Below are positions 38,458 through 48,491 of a stretch of DNA of 64,000 nucleotides, in pieces. A program made the position numbers and the translations under genes. The DNA comes from Candidatus Levyibacteriota bacterium. GTDB lineage: Bacteria > Patescibacteriota > Microgenomatia > Levybacterales > UBA12049. Where the stretch lies: contig JBEKQZ010000001.1 of the NCBI GenBank assembly GCA_049519175.1, positions 399,679-463,678 of the forward strand, read 5' to 3'. The notes under the pieces are model-generated. The model was not told where the DNA came from. It saw only the letters and a list, made by a program, of their open reading frames with translations, and made no database searches. How positions within the stretch are numbered: the stretch's first letter is position 1; every line of letters starts with the position of its first letter.

Positions 38458-39780
38458 TTATTCAGGGAGATTATTTACCTTTGTGGATACGACCTTTTGG
38501 TCGTGTATATAGAGTTGCTCGTTAAAAAGCTGGATAAGTTGCCTCTTTTTCTCTATATCTCCATTACTTAGCACTTGCCTTGCGTAGTCTCTTACGTCCA
38601 TTATTTTTGTCTCAGGGTCGATATCTTGCCTAAGAAGCACGTCATCTCTTATCTGTCTGTATTCTTCCATACCGTTTCTAATATCTTCTGTTAAATTAAT
38701 AAGTTGGGGATGAGCAATATAGGTAAAATTAATATATCGAAACAATGCCTTAACTAGTTTTTCTTCTGTAATATACACTTCGGGACAATCGTAATTAATT
38801 TGTCTAGTGCAATGATAATAAATGTGATGCACGGGATCTCTGAATTTTCTCAGTCGATTTCTTTCTTCTCCCACCAGACTTGATCCGCATGAGGCACATT
38901 TAAATAACCCTTTAAACGTAAAAGTTTTGCTGCCCCATTTTGATTTTGGAGGAACATATAGTTGCTTTTGGACTTTTTCAAAAAGCTCCTTTGTGATTAA
39001 AGGTTCGTAGGAGCCTTTATACCAATTCCCACTACCAATGGGGTACTCAAATTCTCCATAATAAAATGGATTTTTTAGTATTTGGAATACTTGACTTAAG
39101 GTAGTTGGTATCCCTGATCTATTAGTAAATCCTTTCTTAATTAACCAATTTCTAATTTTCCTGCCAGATGCTTTCTCGTATGCAACCTTCTTGAAAATCT
39201 GGGCAATAACTGGTCCACGCTCCTGATCAACAATTACATCCTTAACGCCATTAAAAGCCCGATTAAAATATCCAAGTGGTGCCATTCCCGGACGGAAACC
39301 CATTTTGCATTTGGCTCTTATTCCTCTTTTAACATTTAGTCCTTTCTGGTCATTCTCGAGTTTTGCCTGAGAACAGAGAATCATTAAAAGAAATTTCTCA
39401 TTAGGGTTATTTGAAAATACTTGTGAATACGTTTTAATTCGAATAAGTTTCTTTTGATCAATTAAATCTACAATCATTCCTAAGTCTCCAGCGTTTCGAC
39501 TCAACCTATCTGGTGCCCAAGTAAGAATGCCAGTAAATACACCATTTCTAATATCACTCAGTAATTGCTTGAAAACGGGGCGTTGTCCTGATTGCTTTGC
39601 GGAATGGCTTTCTTTCTTCACGTCCTTGATAATTAATCCTTCTTTTTGGGCTAAATCGGTCATTTCCTTGACTTGTGAATCTATGGACATTGCCTGTCTC
39701 TCATCGTCTTCGGAAGACTTGCGAGCATATAGGCAATATAGGACGTTTTCGTTGTTTTGGGTATTATTTATACTCGGCAT
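38458..39780 (-). CDS. Large serine recombinase (phage-integrase type)
   Basis: 'YCLYARKSSEDDERQAMSIDSQ' resolvase catalytic Ser region; recombinase domain; zinc ribbon 'CASCGSS...YYHCTR'. Confidence 0.85.
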   Translation of the reverse strand: MPSINNTQNNENVLYCLYARKSSEDDERQAMSIDSQVKEMTDLAQKEGLIIKDVKKESHSAKQSGQRPVFKQLLSDIRNGVFTGILTWAPDRLSRNAGDLGMIVDLIDQKKLIRIKTYSQVFSNNPNEKFLLMILCSQAKLENDQKGLNVKRGIRAKCKMGFRPGMAPLGYFNRAFNGVKDVIVDQERGPVIAQIFKKVAYEKASGRKIRNWLIKKGFTNRSGIPTTLSQVFQILKNPFYYGEFEYPIGSGNWYKGSYEPLITKELFEKVQKQLYVPPKSKWGSKTFTFKGLFKCASCGSSLVGEERNRLRKFRDPVHHIYYHCTRQINYDCPEVYITEEKLVKALFRYINFTYIAHPQLINLTEDIRNGMEEYRQIRDDVLLRQDIDPETKIMDVRDYARQVLSNGDIEKKRQLIQLFNEQLYIHDQKVVSTKVNNLPE

Positions 39781-39856
39781 ATTTGCAGGTCAACAGTACC
39801 GCAAAAATGCGAGAAAGTCTAGATGGACGATTTTGTTATAAAGTATAAGGGTTTAT

Positions 39857-41239
39857 TTGTCCTACGCTTTTAATTTTTCCTTCAAAGTGTTAGTATTGAT
39901 CTATATTATGCACCTGCCATATAGCATTATAAAAGACAGTTTTTTATCAACTAAACCAGACGATAAATGGTCCTTTAAGGAAGCAAAAAGATCAGAAACT
40001 AACTACATAAGTCATGGTTATCATAGGTATCCTGCAAAATTTATTCCTCAAATTGTTCATAAGTTAATACTAGAATATACTAAAGAAAACGATTTTGTTC
40101 TAGATCCTTTCGGAGGATGTGGTACCACATTAGTGGAGGCAAAGGTTCTCGGTAGGAAAAGTTTAGGATTCGATATAAATCCAGTTGCTAAACTTATTAC
40201 CGAAACTAAAATTACTCCTCTAAAACCCGAAAGGCTGGAAAAAAGTCTGCAAATTTTTGAAAAGAAATATATAAAAATTAACAAAGAGAATGTTACTTCC
40301 GAACACTCTGAGCGAATAAATTATTGGTTTGAGCCAAAAATTCAGGTAGAACTAGATAAATTATTAAATTCAATAAATACCATCAGTGATCTTAATATTA
40401 AAAGATTTTATCTATGTGCTTTTTCTCAAATCTTAAAAAATTGTTCCAAATGGCTAATGAAGAGTACAAAACCTCAAATAGACCCAAATAAAATCTCTCC
40501 CGATGTTTATACTACTTTTATTAGTCATTTAAAGAGAATGATGGTAAAAAATAAAGAGTTTTATTCAATGCTTGAAAATTCAAATAATTTAAAGACCTCA
40601 TCGAAAATGAAATTAAAGGATTCTACTAAGAAATTTTCCCTTGAAGCAAATTCTATTGATTTAATTATTACGTCTCCTCCTTATGTAACCTCTTATGAAT
40701 ATGCAGATTTACATCAACTAATTTTGTTATGGTTAGGAGAAAATCCTAAAAGATATTATAGATGGAGCAGATATGCTAAAGAATATCAGGCATTTAGAGA
40801 AAAATTTGTTGGGACAAAACTTGCTATTAATAAAAGAAACGAAAAATTTCTTGGTTTTTTTGCTCACCAAATTATTAATCAATTACCTGATACAAAAGAA
40901 TACGCAAAAAGCGTTGCTAAATATTTTTCTGACATGCAGAAGGCTATTTCTGAGATGTATAGAGTACTTAAACCAGAAAAGAGAGCTTGCCTAATTATAG
41001 GCAATACAACCCTGGCAGGAGTAGAGGTTAAAAATGCGGAGGTTGCAGTTGAGCAAATGCAAGATGCAGGATTCATCATCGAAAAAATAATTAAAAGAGA
41101 GTTATCTAATAAAATGATTACGCCCTGGAGAGATAAACAGAATGGAAGATTTACTAATGCATCAAATACTGAAAAAAAACGTGTGTATGAATACGAATTT
41201 ATTCTAATTGCCAGAAAACCATTAAAACTACCGAATTAA
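39857..41239 (+). CDS. DNA methyltransferase, amino-MTase (N6-A or N4-C), alpha-class order (motif I ... IV)
   Basis: 'LDPFGGCGTT' motif I; 'IITSPPYVTSYEY' motif IV (SPPY); start may be the internal Met at 39908. Confidence 0.8.
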   Translation: MSYAFNFSFKVLVLIYIMHLPYSIIKDSFLSTKPDDKWSFKEAKRSETNYISHGYHRYPAKFIPQIVHKLILEYTKENDFVLDPFGGCGTTLVEAKVLGRKSLGFDINPVAKLITETKITPLKPERLEKSLQIFEKKYIKINKENVTSEHSERINYWFEPKIQVELDKLLNSINTISDLNIKRFYLCAFSQILKNCSKWLMKSTKPQIDPNKISPDVYTTFISHLKRMMVKNKEFYSMLENSNNLKTSSKMKLKDSTKKFSLEANSIDLIITSPPYVTSYEYADLHQLILLWLGENPKRYYRWSRYAKEYQAFREKFVGTKLAINKRNEKFLGFFAHQIINQLPDTKEYAKSVAKYFSDMQKAISEMYRVLKPEKRACLIIGNTTLAGVEVKNAEVAVEQMQDAGFIIEKIIKRELSNKMITPWRDKQNGRFTNASNTEKKRVYEYEFILIARKPLKLPN

Positions 41240-43765
41240 CTTTTTTATATTATTCAGAATTAGTTTTCTCATCCCTCTAATGGCCATATCGAATGTTTCC
41301 ATTTTAATATCAATCGTATCCCCATCGTTACTTTTCAGATTTTTTAATTCTAAATATAACCAAATTGAGGCAAAATATATTTGGTTAATTAAGTATTTCT
41401 GAGCTTTTTCTTTATTAACGATATCTAATTGTTTAAGTTCTTCGAATATAATTGAATCGACGTTTATGTATACCTTCTCGAGCTTACTCCATTGAGGGAT
41501 ACGGGCAATATTATGTATTTGAAAGGGTGGTTCCATATTATCCCAATCTTCTCTGCGAATCATTTTGGGTTCCGGAAGATTAAGATTCGGTTCATAATTA
41601 GGTGGAACAATTTCAACAGGTACAGCAACGTTAAATTTATGTCCTGCATCATCTGATACATTAATTCTAATATCTTCCACCTGTTCAATTCTGTCTCCCT
41701 TATGCTTAACACCTATTTCCAAAAAACCATCTGAAAGTTTTGTGTGCGTGAATTCAAAAACACTTGAGCCTAATACTTCAAGGGTACCTTTATCTTTTTC
41801 TCTAGTGAAATAATCGTTAACTACATCTGTTGATAAAATTAGTTTTCGCTCTGTCCCTACTGGAATTTTAAATACTTTCTTCGTTAGATTAAAATAAGTC
41901 GGAAAGTGTTCTCCCATATAATCAGGAGTATTGATTAGTTGAAACTTAACTACAGATGAAAACCTAATGCCTTTATTGGGTACTGTAAGTTGAAATGTAA
42001 TTTCAGATGTAGAACCTATCTCTATATACGGTTTTGCATCTATTCGAAAATTAATTACGCCCCTATGGATGCCACCGAATGTCACAAAGAATTTATCTGA
42101 CTCTGTCCAGTTATATTCACCTCTATCTTCAGCGCGTATAAATAAATCATCAGAAGCTTCTGTCTTAAAAGAAATTCTTGAAAATGTTTTCTCTTCAACA
42201 AATTTTGTATCTGATCCGACCAATTCAAATTTAGTAGGAAGATGTTCTCCCTGATATGGTACCTTGGATGTTCCTTTATCTTCTTGAGCAGGAAAGTCTT
42301 CACCTAAATCAAAAAGTTTTTTTAATTCGGGATCTTTTATGGCCTCTTTTGCTAATTGTTTTCTTAAATCTTTATCCTCAATTTCAGTATCCGCAGCTGT
42401 TAAGCTTCCATATTCTTCGTCAAGTTCCTTAAAAGAGTCTAAAAATATTTTTAATCTTTCAAGTGTTAATCTAGTTGTAGGAGTATTTCGAAACTGTTCT
42501 CTTCCGGAATGTAACATATTAGCTAGAGGAGCACTTATCTCAGATATGTCAACAAAGATAAACATATAAGGTGCTAAGTCAGGAAGTCCACAATACTCCC
42601 TTAGCCATGAAGCGTTTTCCGAATGTAATGTCATACCATTGCGAATAAAAAATATTTTTTCCTTTTGGGCTAAATAAGAATCTATATTTTCCTTGTGTTT
42701 CGATTTATGTTGCAGAATAAATATTCGAATAGCTTTTTTCCCAATTTCGCCCAAGTCGACAGGATAATCATTAGGAAACCCAGGATGCATAATTTTTGAA
42801 TCCAAACGCTCCATTTTCTCTCTAAATCCAAAAATTGTATATTCGGTCCCACCTCCGTAATTTCGCAACTCATTTAAAAACATTGGTAAAGGAGAATAGG
42901 AGAGTTTTTTTTCTATTGCCTCATTTAATCCACGGAACACAATATTTCCTGCATTTGTTAATTCATAACCATAAAGGCGTATTACGCAGCCCTCCGAAAA
43001 ATCAAAACCATTAATTCTTATTGGTTCATTAAATGAAAAGCGTGGTATCTTATTGTCTTTGTCAACAAAATACTCGTAAGTAAAATTGCCTCCCTCTTCG
43101 TCATAGCGAGATCTTACAATAGTAAAACCAAAACAGCCCGAATCCGCTTCCTTATCTGAAATTGATTGTGCTCTGCGGCAAATTACTAATTGGATGTAGT
43201 CAACTATATTGCTGCTATCATGACAAAAGCCTAAAGCACTTGATCCACCCTGATTGTATGTCCCATAGACAAACCTAATTTTCTTTTTTATTTCTTGTTG
43301 CAAGCTTAGAATTGTTTTAGGAATTGCGTCTGGGGTTTGACCTTCTCCAGTATCAAGTATCGTAATTGTGGGTTTTTCTCTCTTTCCTTCGGCTGTAACT
43401 CTTATCATTTGCTTAGCAAGCTCAGATCTGTTTTTACGTATCTGTTCTCTACCACCAAAATAAATATTAATAGCATCTTCCATATCTTTTGGAGATTTAG
43501 TTTGGTCTTTTGGATCAATGCCAGATTCTTGGCATTTTCTCATCAATATAGCGTCAATAGAATTTGTTATTTTTTCAATCAAAGAATTTTCAGGCTCTCT
43601 CATTTGCCCATTAACTATTCCTGTATTATTAGAGAATCCACCGTAAGGTAACCATTTTCCTTGAGAAAAGTAGATTTCTTTTTCAATAAGCTCTCTAAGT
43701 TTTTCTCCTGTATCACATTGAAGGATTTTTAAGAGTAAACTTTTCTGAGCTTCTTCGTTACTCAT
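41228..43765 (-). CDS. 845-aa protein with an N-terminal GHKL/Bergerat-fold ATPase-like domain (MORC/paraMORC/HSP90-like) and a large uncharacterised C-terminal region
   Basis: 'ENSLIEKITNSIDAIL' matches the GHKL N-box (E…N..DA); 'ITILDTGEGQTPDAI' matches the G1 box (DxGxG); start ATGA-overlaps the upstream small ORF. Confidence 0.5.
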   Translation of the reverse strand: MSNEEAQKSLLLKILQCDTGEKLRELIEKEIYFSQGKWLPYGGFSNNTGIVNGQMREPENSLIEKITNSIDAILMRKCQESGIDPKDQTKSPKDMEDAINIYFGGREQIRKNRSELAKQMIRVTAEGKREKPTITILDTGEGQTPDAIPKTILSLQQEIKKKIRFVYGTYNQGGSSALGFCHDSSNIVDYIQLVICRRAQSISDKEADSGCFGFTIVRSRYDEEGGNFTYEYFVDKDNKIPRFSFNEPIRINGFDFSEGCVIRLYGYELTNAGNIVFRGLNEAIEKKLSYSPLPMFLNELRNYGGGTEYTIFGFREKMERLDSKIMHPGFPNDYPVDLGEIGKKAIRIFILQHKSKHKENIDSYLAQKEKIFFIRNGMTLHSENASWLREYCGLPDLAPYMFIFVDISEISAPLANMLHSGREQFRNTPTTRLTLERLKIFLDSFKELDEEYGSLTAADTEIEDKDLRKQLAKEAIKDPELKKLFDLGEDFPAQEDKGTSKVPYQGEHLPTKFELVGSDTKFVEEKTFSRISFKTEASDDLFIRAEDRGEYNWTESDKFFVTFGGIHRGVINFRIDAKPYIEIGSTSEITFQLTVPNKGIRFSSVVKFQLINTPDYMGEHFPTYFNLTKKVFKIPVGTERKLILSTDVVNDYFTREKDKGTLEVLGSSVFEFTHTKLSDGFLEIGVKHKGDRIEQVEDIRINVSDDAGHKFNVAVPVEIVPPNYEPNLNLPEPKMIRREDWDNMEPPFQIHNIARIPQWSKLEKVYINVDSIIFEELKQLDIVNKEKAQKYLINQIYFASIWLYLELKNLKSNDGDTIDIKMETFDMAIRGMRKLILNNIKKLIR

Positions 43766-44007
43766 AGTTTAAATTTTTCGTGTTTACCGTAAAATTTTCC
43801 CTTTGTAATCTTTAATTGATGCTCAACTGCCTTAAAAATTTTATTAATATCACTGTCATTATAATCATAATAACTTTTATTAGACAAATTCCCCAATATT
43901 CTTAGTTGATTCAGTACATTGTTTACCCTTTTATTTCCAAGTCTTTTAAATCTTTGTTTTCTTGTTTCCATTTTATTTATTATAGCACCTTTATATAAAT
44001 AGTACAA
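43762..44007 (-). CDS. Small basic protein (81 aa), translationally coupled to the GHKL ATPase gene
   Basis: K/R-rich, 4-nt start/stop overlap (ATGA) with 41228..43765. Confidence 0.35.
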   Translation of the reverse strand: MYYLYKGAIINKMETRKQRFKRLGNKRVNNVLNQLRILGNLSNKSYYDYNDSDINKIFKAVEHQLKITKGKFYGKHEKFKL

Positions 44008-44087
44008 TCATTTATAAAAAATAGAGGGTGTATAAAAAAATAGACAAATTTAGCAATGTATTTAAGATAAAAGCGTTTGATTTGTTA

Positions 44088-45608
44088 TTACCACCAACCG
44101 TTTTTAGCCCTTTCGTTTTGTTCGGCAATCAATTTTAAATCTGCCTCCATTTCTAATTTCTTTAGTTTTTCAGGATCTTTAAGCACTTCTTTTATCTCCC
44201 TATCCTTTTCCTGATAATAAGATTGCGGAAGCGCTTCGGGAGTTTCAATGGGAAACCAGGAGAATCTACTTTTATATGACAAAACAGCATATCGAAGTGC
44301 TGCCAGTAAATCAAAGTGTCCCTTAGGATCTCTTGTATCATCAAGAATAGTTGAATTAGTGCCATCAGTGGCTTCCTTATAAGAAAGTGTTTCCAATTCT
44401 TCTATGAGAAGTTGATTTTCTGCAGTCCGAAGAATAAAAAATGTAGGGGCATTTTCAATTACTTTTCCGTTTGGCAATATAACCGTATGCCCTTCACGAG
44501 GTTGAAGTTTTTGGTTTATTTGATCTATGCCAAGCTGCAGCCAATTCGTACCGGAGGTGTTTGCATCTTTTCGAGCCGCCTCTATGTTGATTCCTTTATT
44601 TTTAAATTCCCTGATCCATTGGGCCCCGCTTGGGTCACCGTAACCATACACGTTAGGAAATCCATAATCTTGCCTTTGGATATTTTCTACATGTTGATCG
44701 ATAGATAACTCTGCCTTTTTATAACATATTTCCACAAGCCAGTTATCATCTGGATCTATCGCTATACGAAGGGAGGCTGTCGGATGACTACTTCCAAAAT
44801 CCCACCCTCTTATTCTCCTCCAGTCTTTTGGAATTTCAAAAAATGGAATTATGTGTGTTTCACGGGAGAATAATTTATGCACAAGTCCCGTAAATTTAGT
44901 AAACATTGCCAGATATTCTTGGCTAAATGCATCTTCTGTCAGTTGTCTTCTGGCTGCTTCTATTTCCTCATGTCTAATATATCCGCCGTTATGGTCTTTA
45001 CAATTTTGTTCCGTTTCGTAGCGATAAGTAATAAAATCCTCATCTAAAACAACTCCCTCAGCCTCTCCTTCAATGATGCCATTGTGATCTCCGAGTTTTG
45101 CAAGGGTATGAAATATGTTGTAACCACGCGGTTTGCTTATAAAAATAGCCGGGGATTGATGGTCTGAAAGCATCGGCCTTAAGGTTTTTTCCCAAAGGGA
45201 TTGGAAATGGGGAATTGCCGCTACTTCATCCACAATTAATCCCCCTAATGCAATTCCTTCAAGAGATAACGGATTATCAGCTCCTTTTAAAACTATTTTT
45301 GCCCCATTTATTAATTGCAATGTTAATTCGTTTTCGTTTGGTTTCTTCTTCCATAATTCTTTTGGCGTGTATTTTAATAGTAAGTCCCAAGCGATGGTTT
45401 TAGCTTGGTGATAGTATGGCGCGACATACCAGTAAGGAACTTGAAGATTTCTGGAAAAGGCAAGTTTTAAAAGTTCATTTACCGAAAACGTAGTTTTTCC
45501 GGCCCTTCTGCCGGCCACAATTGTACGGAAACGATGCTGATCATCATGTAATTTCTGCTGATAAGGCAGTGGAGTATAGTTAATTATGACTTTTACTATA
45601 TTTTCCAT
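44088..45608 (-). CDS. Phage terminase large subunit
   Basis: Walker A 'VAGRRAGKTT'; Walker B-like 'GLIVDEVA'; C-terminal RNase H-like nuclease region with acidic residues; 506 aa. Confidence 0.8.
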   Translation of the reverse strand: MENIVKVIINYTPLPYQQKLHDDQHRFRTIVAGRRAGKTTFSVNELLKLAFSRNLQVPYWYVAPYYHQAKTIAWDLLLKYTPKELWKKKPNENELTLQLINGAKIVLKGADNPLSLEGIALGGLIVDEVAAIPHFQSLWEKTLRPMLSDHQSPAIFISKPRGYNIFHTLAKLGDHNGIIEGEAEGVVLDEDFITYRYETEQNCKDHNGGYIRHEEIEAARRQLTEDAFSQEYLAMFTKFTGLVHKLFSRETHIIPFFEIPKDWRRIRGWDFGSSHPTASLRIAIDPDDNWLVEICYKKAELSIDQHVENIQRQDYGFPNVYGYGDPSGAQWIREFKNKGINIEAARKDANTSGTNWLQLGIDQINQKLQPREGHTVILPNGKVIENAPTFFILRTAENQLLIEELETLSYKEATDGTNSTILDDTRDPKGHFDLLAALRYAVLSYKSRFSWFPIETPEALPQSYYQEKDREIKEVLKDPEKLKKLEMEADLKLIAEQNERAKNGWW

Positions 45609-45618
45609 AAATAATTAC

Positions 45619-45990
45619 CTATTTGGTAACTTCCTCTCCGTTTAACCACGAAACGATAATTTTTCTATTGTCTCCGACATTTACTTCTGTTTTTAATTCG
45701 CTCCTATATTGAGGGTGGTGGTTTTTCAACCAAAATATAATGGCGGTTAAATCCTGTTCTTTTATCCGGGAGATCAAATGTGATTCCGCTAAATCATTAA
45801 TAAGGCTTGCTCCTTGAGTTAAAGCTTCATCTGCCTCTTTGGCAAAAGTTTTATCTTTTTCTTTCCAACGATAAAACGTTGCACGGGATACTCCTGTTCT
45901 TTCGCAAACTATTTGGACTATTGGCGTTTTCCTTAATAAATCCAATACATCCTGTTTTTGCTTTTCCTGTCTTACCTCAATACTCTTCAT
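45619..45990 (-). CDS. HTH protein, terminase small-subunit-like; probable start at the internal Met overlapping the upstream stop
   Basis: 'TGVSRATFYRWKEKD' HTH; position immediately upstream of terminase large. Confidence 0.45.
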   Translation of the reverse strand: MKSIEVRQEKQKQDVLDLLRKTPIVQIVCERTGVSRATFYRWKEKDKTFAKEADEALTQGASLINDLAESHLISRIKEQDLTAIIFWLKNHHPQYRSELKTEVNVGDNRKIIVSWLNGEEVTK

Positions 45991-47363
45991 ATTAGCTTTA
46001 CTGCTTTTCTCCCGGTTAATTTTTCCCATCTGTAACGAATTACCTCGGCATAAGTTGGGCTTTTTTCCATTACGAAGCATCTTCTTTTAATTTTTTCTGC
46101 TGCAATTAAAGTTGAACCACTTCCACCAAAAGGTTCAATAATTAAATCGTGTCTTTTTGTCAGAACTTTAAGGTAGGGAACGATGATTTCGAGGGGTTTC
46201 GTTCCAAAAACCACTGACTGCCCGCTACTTTTTTCATCACTAGCATTAAATTCAACGAAATCAGTCGGCTGAACTCTTTTGTTTTTTTGGTATCCTTCCC
46301 AGTGTGGTTTACCAGAAATCGCATACAAGGCTGTTTGGTAAGTTTCTTCAAGCCCATCAGATTCTACTTCATAATTAAATTCTATGTCGGTATTCTTACT
46401 CGCACCGCAGAGAGCAATGTCGTGTTTTGAGAAAAATCGATATTTTGAGCTGAATCCCTGATGCCTATTGGGTAGGTGCCAAACAATCATGTTTTTAACT
46501 TTCCAGTACTTTTCCATTACTCCCCAAATTATGCGTATATTCTTCCAATTCTCATAGCAAATAATAGAAAAGTGTTCTTTTTGCACCTTATTTATATTTG
46601 ACATCCACTTTTCAGTAAAATCAGGAGGCAAGACGTCGGTTTCAAGATATCGACGGTCACGTTTAGCACCAAAACCTGTAATTGCACCGTTCTTTTTCTT
46701 TTTACCATGTAGATAGTCCAGAATGTAGGGAGGGTCGGTAAAGCACATATCCGCTTTTTCGTCTCCCATTAGCTTTAAGACGTCGTCTTCTACTGTCGAA
46801 TCTCCGGCCATTAATTTATTTTCCCCAAGCTTCCAAACATCGCCCTTTTTAATTTGTATATTCGCGATATTCAGCTTCCTAAGTTCTTTTTCAAGATCAA
46901 ATTGTTCCGGACTTTCTTCAATGTCAAATATTTCATCAAGTTCTTCACTAGAAAAGCCAACGTCTGATAGGAAATTTTCGTCAAATTCGGCAAGAAGATC
47001 CATATCCCAGTCGCCTAAGTTTTTATTTAGCCTCAGGTTAAGTTCTTTTTCTTTTTCTATTTCAGGGATATTAACAAATACCACGGGAATTTCTTTGAAT
47101 CCTAAATCCTTGGTGACTTTAAGGCGAAAATGGCCTCCGACAACAATATTCTTTCTGCCTGGAGCAGAGTTGACAATAATTGGATCTACAATCCCGAAGC
47201 GTTTAATGCTTTCAGTAAGATCCTCAATTGCTTTCTGATCCCATTTTCGGGGATTATACGGAGCCGGGTTGAGTTCGCTTACGGGAAGATAATGAATAGC
47301 CAAATCGCTTCTTTTGGAAGTTAAGGCTTTAGCTTTGTTGTTTAAAGTATTTTTTAGATACAT
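45987..47363 (-). CDS. ParB-like nuclease domain fused to a DNA methyltransferase (beta-class amino-MTase, motif IV then I)
   Basis: N-terminal ParB/Sulfiredoxin 'LNPAPYNPRKWD...GIVDPIIVN'; 'CFTDPPYILDY' motif IV; 'IIEPFGGSGSTLIAAE' motif I. Confidence 0.85.
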   Translation of the reverse strand: MYLKNTLNNKAKALTSKRSDLAIHYLPVSELNPAPYNPRKWDQKAIEDLTESIKRFGIVDPIIVNSAPGRKNIVVGGHFRLKVTKDLGFKEIPVVFVNIPEIEKEKELNLRLNKNLGDWDMDLLAEFDENFLSDVGFSSEELDEIFDIEESPEQFDLEKELRKLNIANIQIKKGDVWKLGENKLMAGDSTVEDDVLKLMGDEKADMCFTDPPYILDYLHGKKKKNGAITGFGAKRDRRYLETDVLPPDFTEKWMSNINKVQKEHFSIICYENWKNIRIIWGVMEKYWKVKNMIVWHLPNRHQGFSSKYRFFSKHDIALCGASKNTDIEFNYEVESDGLEETYQTALYAISGKPHWEGYQKNKRVQPTDFVEFNASDEKSSGQSVVFGTKPLEIIVPYLKVLTKRHDLIIEPFGGSGSTLIAAEKIKRRCFVMEKSPTYAEVIRYRWEKLTGRKAVKLI

Positions 47364-47596
47364 TCTAATTATACACCCTTTTTAAGGAAAATTTTTAATC
47401 CTACTTTATTTACGTTTAGCTTGGAATGACAAACTAAACCTTTCTATTCTAGATTGTTTAGTTTTGCCAAAGAAAGTTTTTTGTCAAGCGTTTGTCAAGG
47501 GTTTTAGGATAAATTGCCTTCAGTCGCACTCGCAAGAGCTACTCGGACAAGGATTACAAGCAAGAAAGCGTTCTAAACGATAGATTTTTCTTGAAA

Positions 47597-47646
47597 TTTC
47601 TGCTATAATTTGCATACAAAAATCCGGATACAATCTTGTATCTGGA
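47597..47646 (+). promoter_or_regulatory. Extended -10 promoter (TGcTATAAT) followed by an 11-bp-arm palindromic operator
   Basis: 'tcTGCTATAATttgc' at 47601-47609; 'TCCGGATACAAtcTTGTATCTGGA' inverted repeat at 47623-47646, ~45 nt upstream of ORF 47691. Confidence 0.5.
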
Positions 47647-47690
47647 TGACAGGATAACTGCCACCCACCTAAATTGCCTCCGGATATTTT

Positions 47691-48263
47691 TTGGATATGA
47701 AATGCTGTCAGTGTGATAAAAAAGCAATATTTACGTATGACTTCGGTCCTCTTTGTGTGGACTGTAATTTCAAATTTCAACAAGCGAGCGAAATAAGGCA
47801 GTCTCAAGATGAGAGAATGATAAATTATTTAAAAGATGTTATGTATGATACCGCTGGGTTACCTAGAACAGGTGCGAGATTTCCAGAAAGAAGACCACCC
47901 GTTCTTCATACGGGACCCGTAAACATGCAGTCGGTTGTACTCAATAATAGTGTTGTTGGAAACATAAACCAGGGCACGGTTTCAAGTCTTAATGCAACCC
48001 TTCAAAATGTTACAGTTGCAAACTATACTTATGCAGAACAAATAAAAAATTTTGCGGAATCAGTTGCCAGAGATGGAGAATTAAGTAAAGAAACTAAAGA
48101 TGAAGTACTTCAAAAATTAGATTTTCTTGCTCAACAAATTAATCAGCAACAAATGAACGCCCCAGTAATTAAAACTATTATTTCTTCTATCACCACGGCA
48201 ATTAACATTTCAGCCGGGCTTGCCACCTTATGGATGGCTTTAAGCCCTATATTTATAAGGTGA
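47691..48263 (+). CDS. Hypothetical protein with an N-terminal zinc ribbon and a C-terminal hydrophobic helix
   Basis: 'CCQCDKK...CVDCNFK' CxxC-CxxC; C-terminal TM-like segment. Confidence 0.4.
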   Translation: MDMKCCQCDKKAIFTYDFGPLCVDCNFKFQQASEIRQSQDERMINYLKDVMYDTAGLPRTGARFPERRPPVLHTGPVNMQSVVLNNSVVGNINQGTVSSLNATLQNVTVANYTYAEQIKNFAESVARDGELSKETKDEVLQKLDFLAQQINQQQMNAPVIKTIISSITTAINISAGLATLWMALSPIFIR

Positions 48264-48269
48264 AGCGGG

Positions 48270-48470
48270 GTGATACATATGCCACTCGGAAAACATACAA
48301 GAACAGAGAAAGGGCCTATTAGGAAAGAACGGGCAGACTCTTTAGTAAAAAATCTCAAAGAAGATTACCCAGTTTTAGACCAATTCGATGATAGAACCCA
48401 ATTGGGTACGCTTCGCGATAGGTATGGAGTAAATTCTTTGGATCAACTCCTTAAAAAGTTAAGAAAATAG
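48270..48470 (+). CDS. Small hypothetical protein (66 aa)
   Basis: ORF closely following the upstream gene. Confidence 0.3.
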   Translation: MIHMPLGKHTRTEKGPIRKERADSLVKNLKEDYPVLDQFDDRTQLGTLRDRYGVNSLDQLLKKLRK

Positions 48471-48491
48471 ATTTTCATTAAAGAACATATT

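Noticed and set aside
47520-47807. 95-aa minus-strand ORF ending in a Cys-rich 'CNPCPSSSCECD'
   Set aside because: Overlaps the promoter/operator region and the start of the + strand gene 47691; no RBS; the Cys cluster is the reverse-complement reading of a GC-rich patch.
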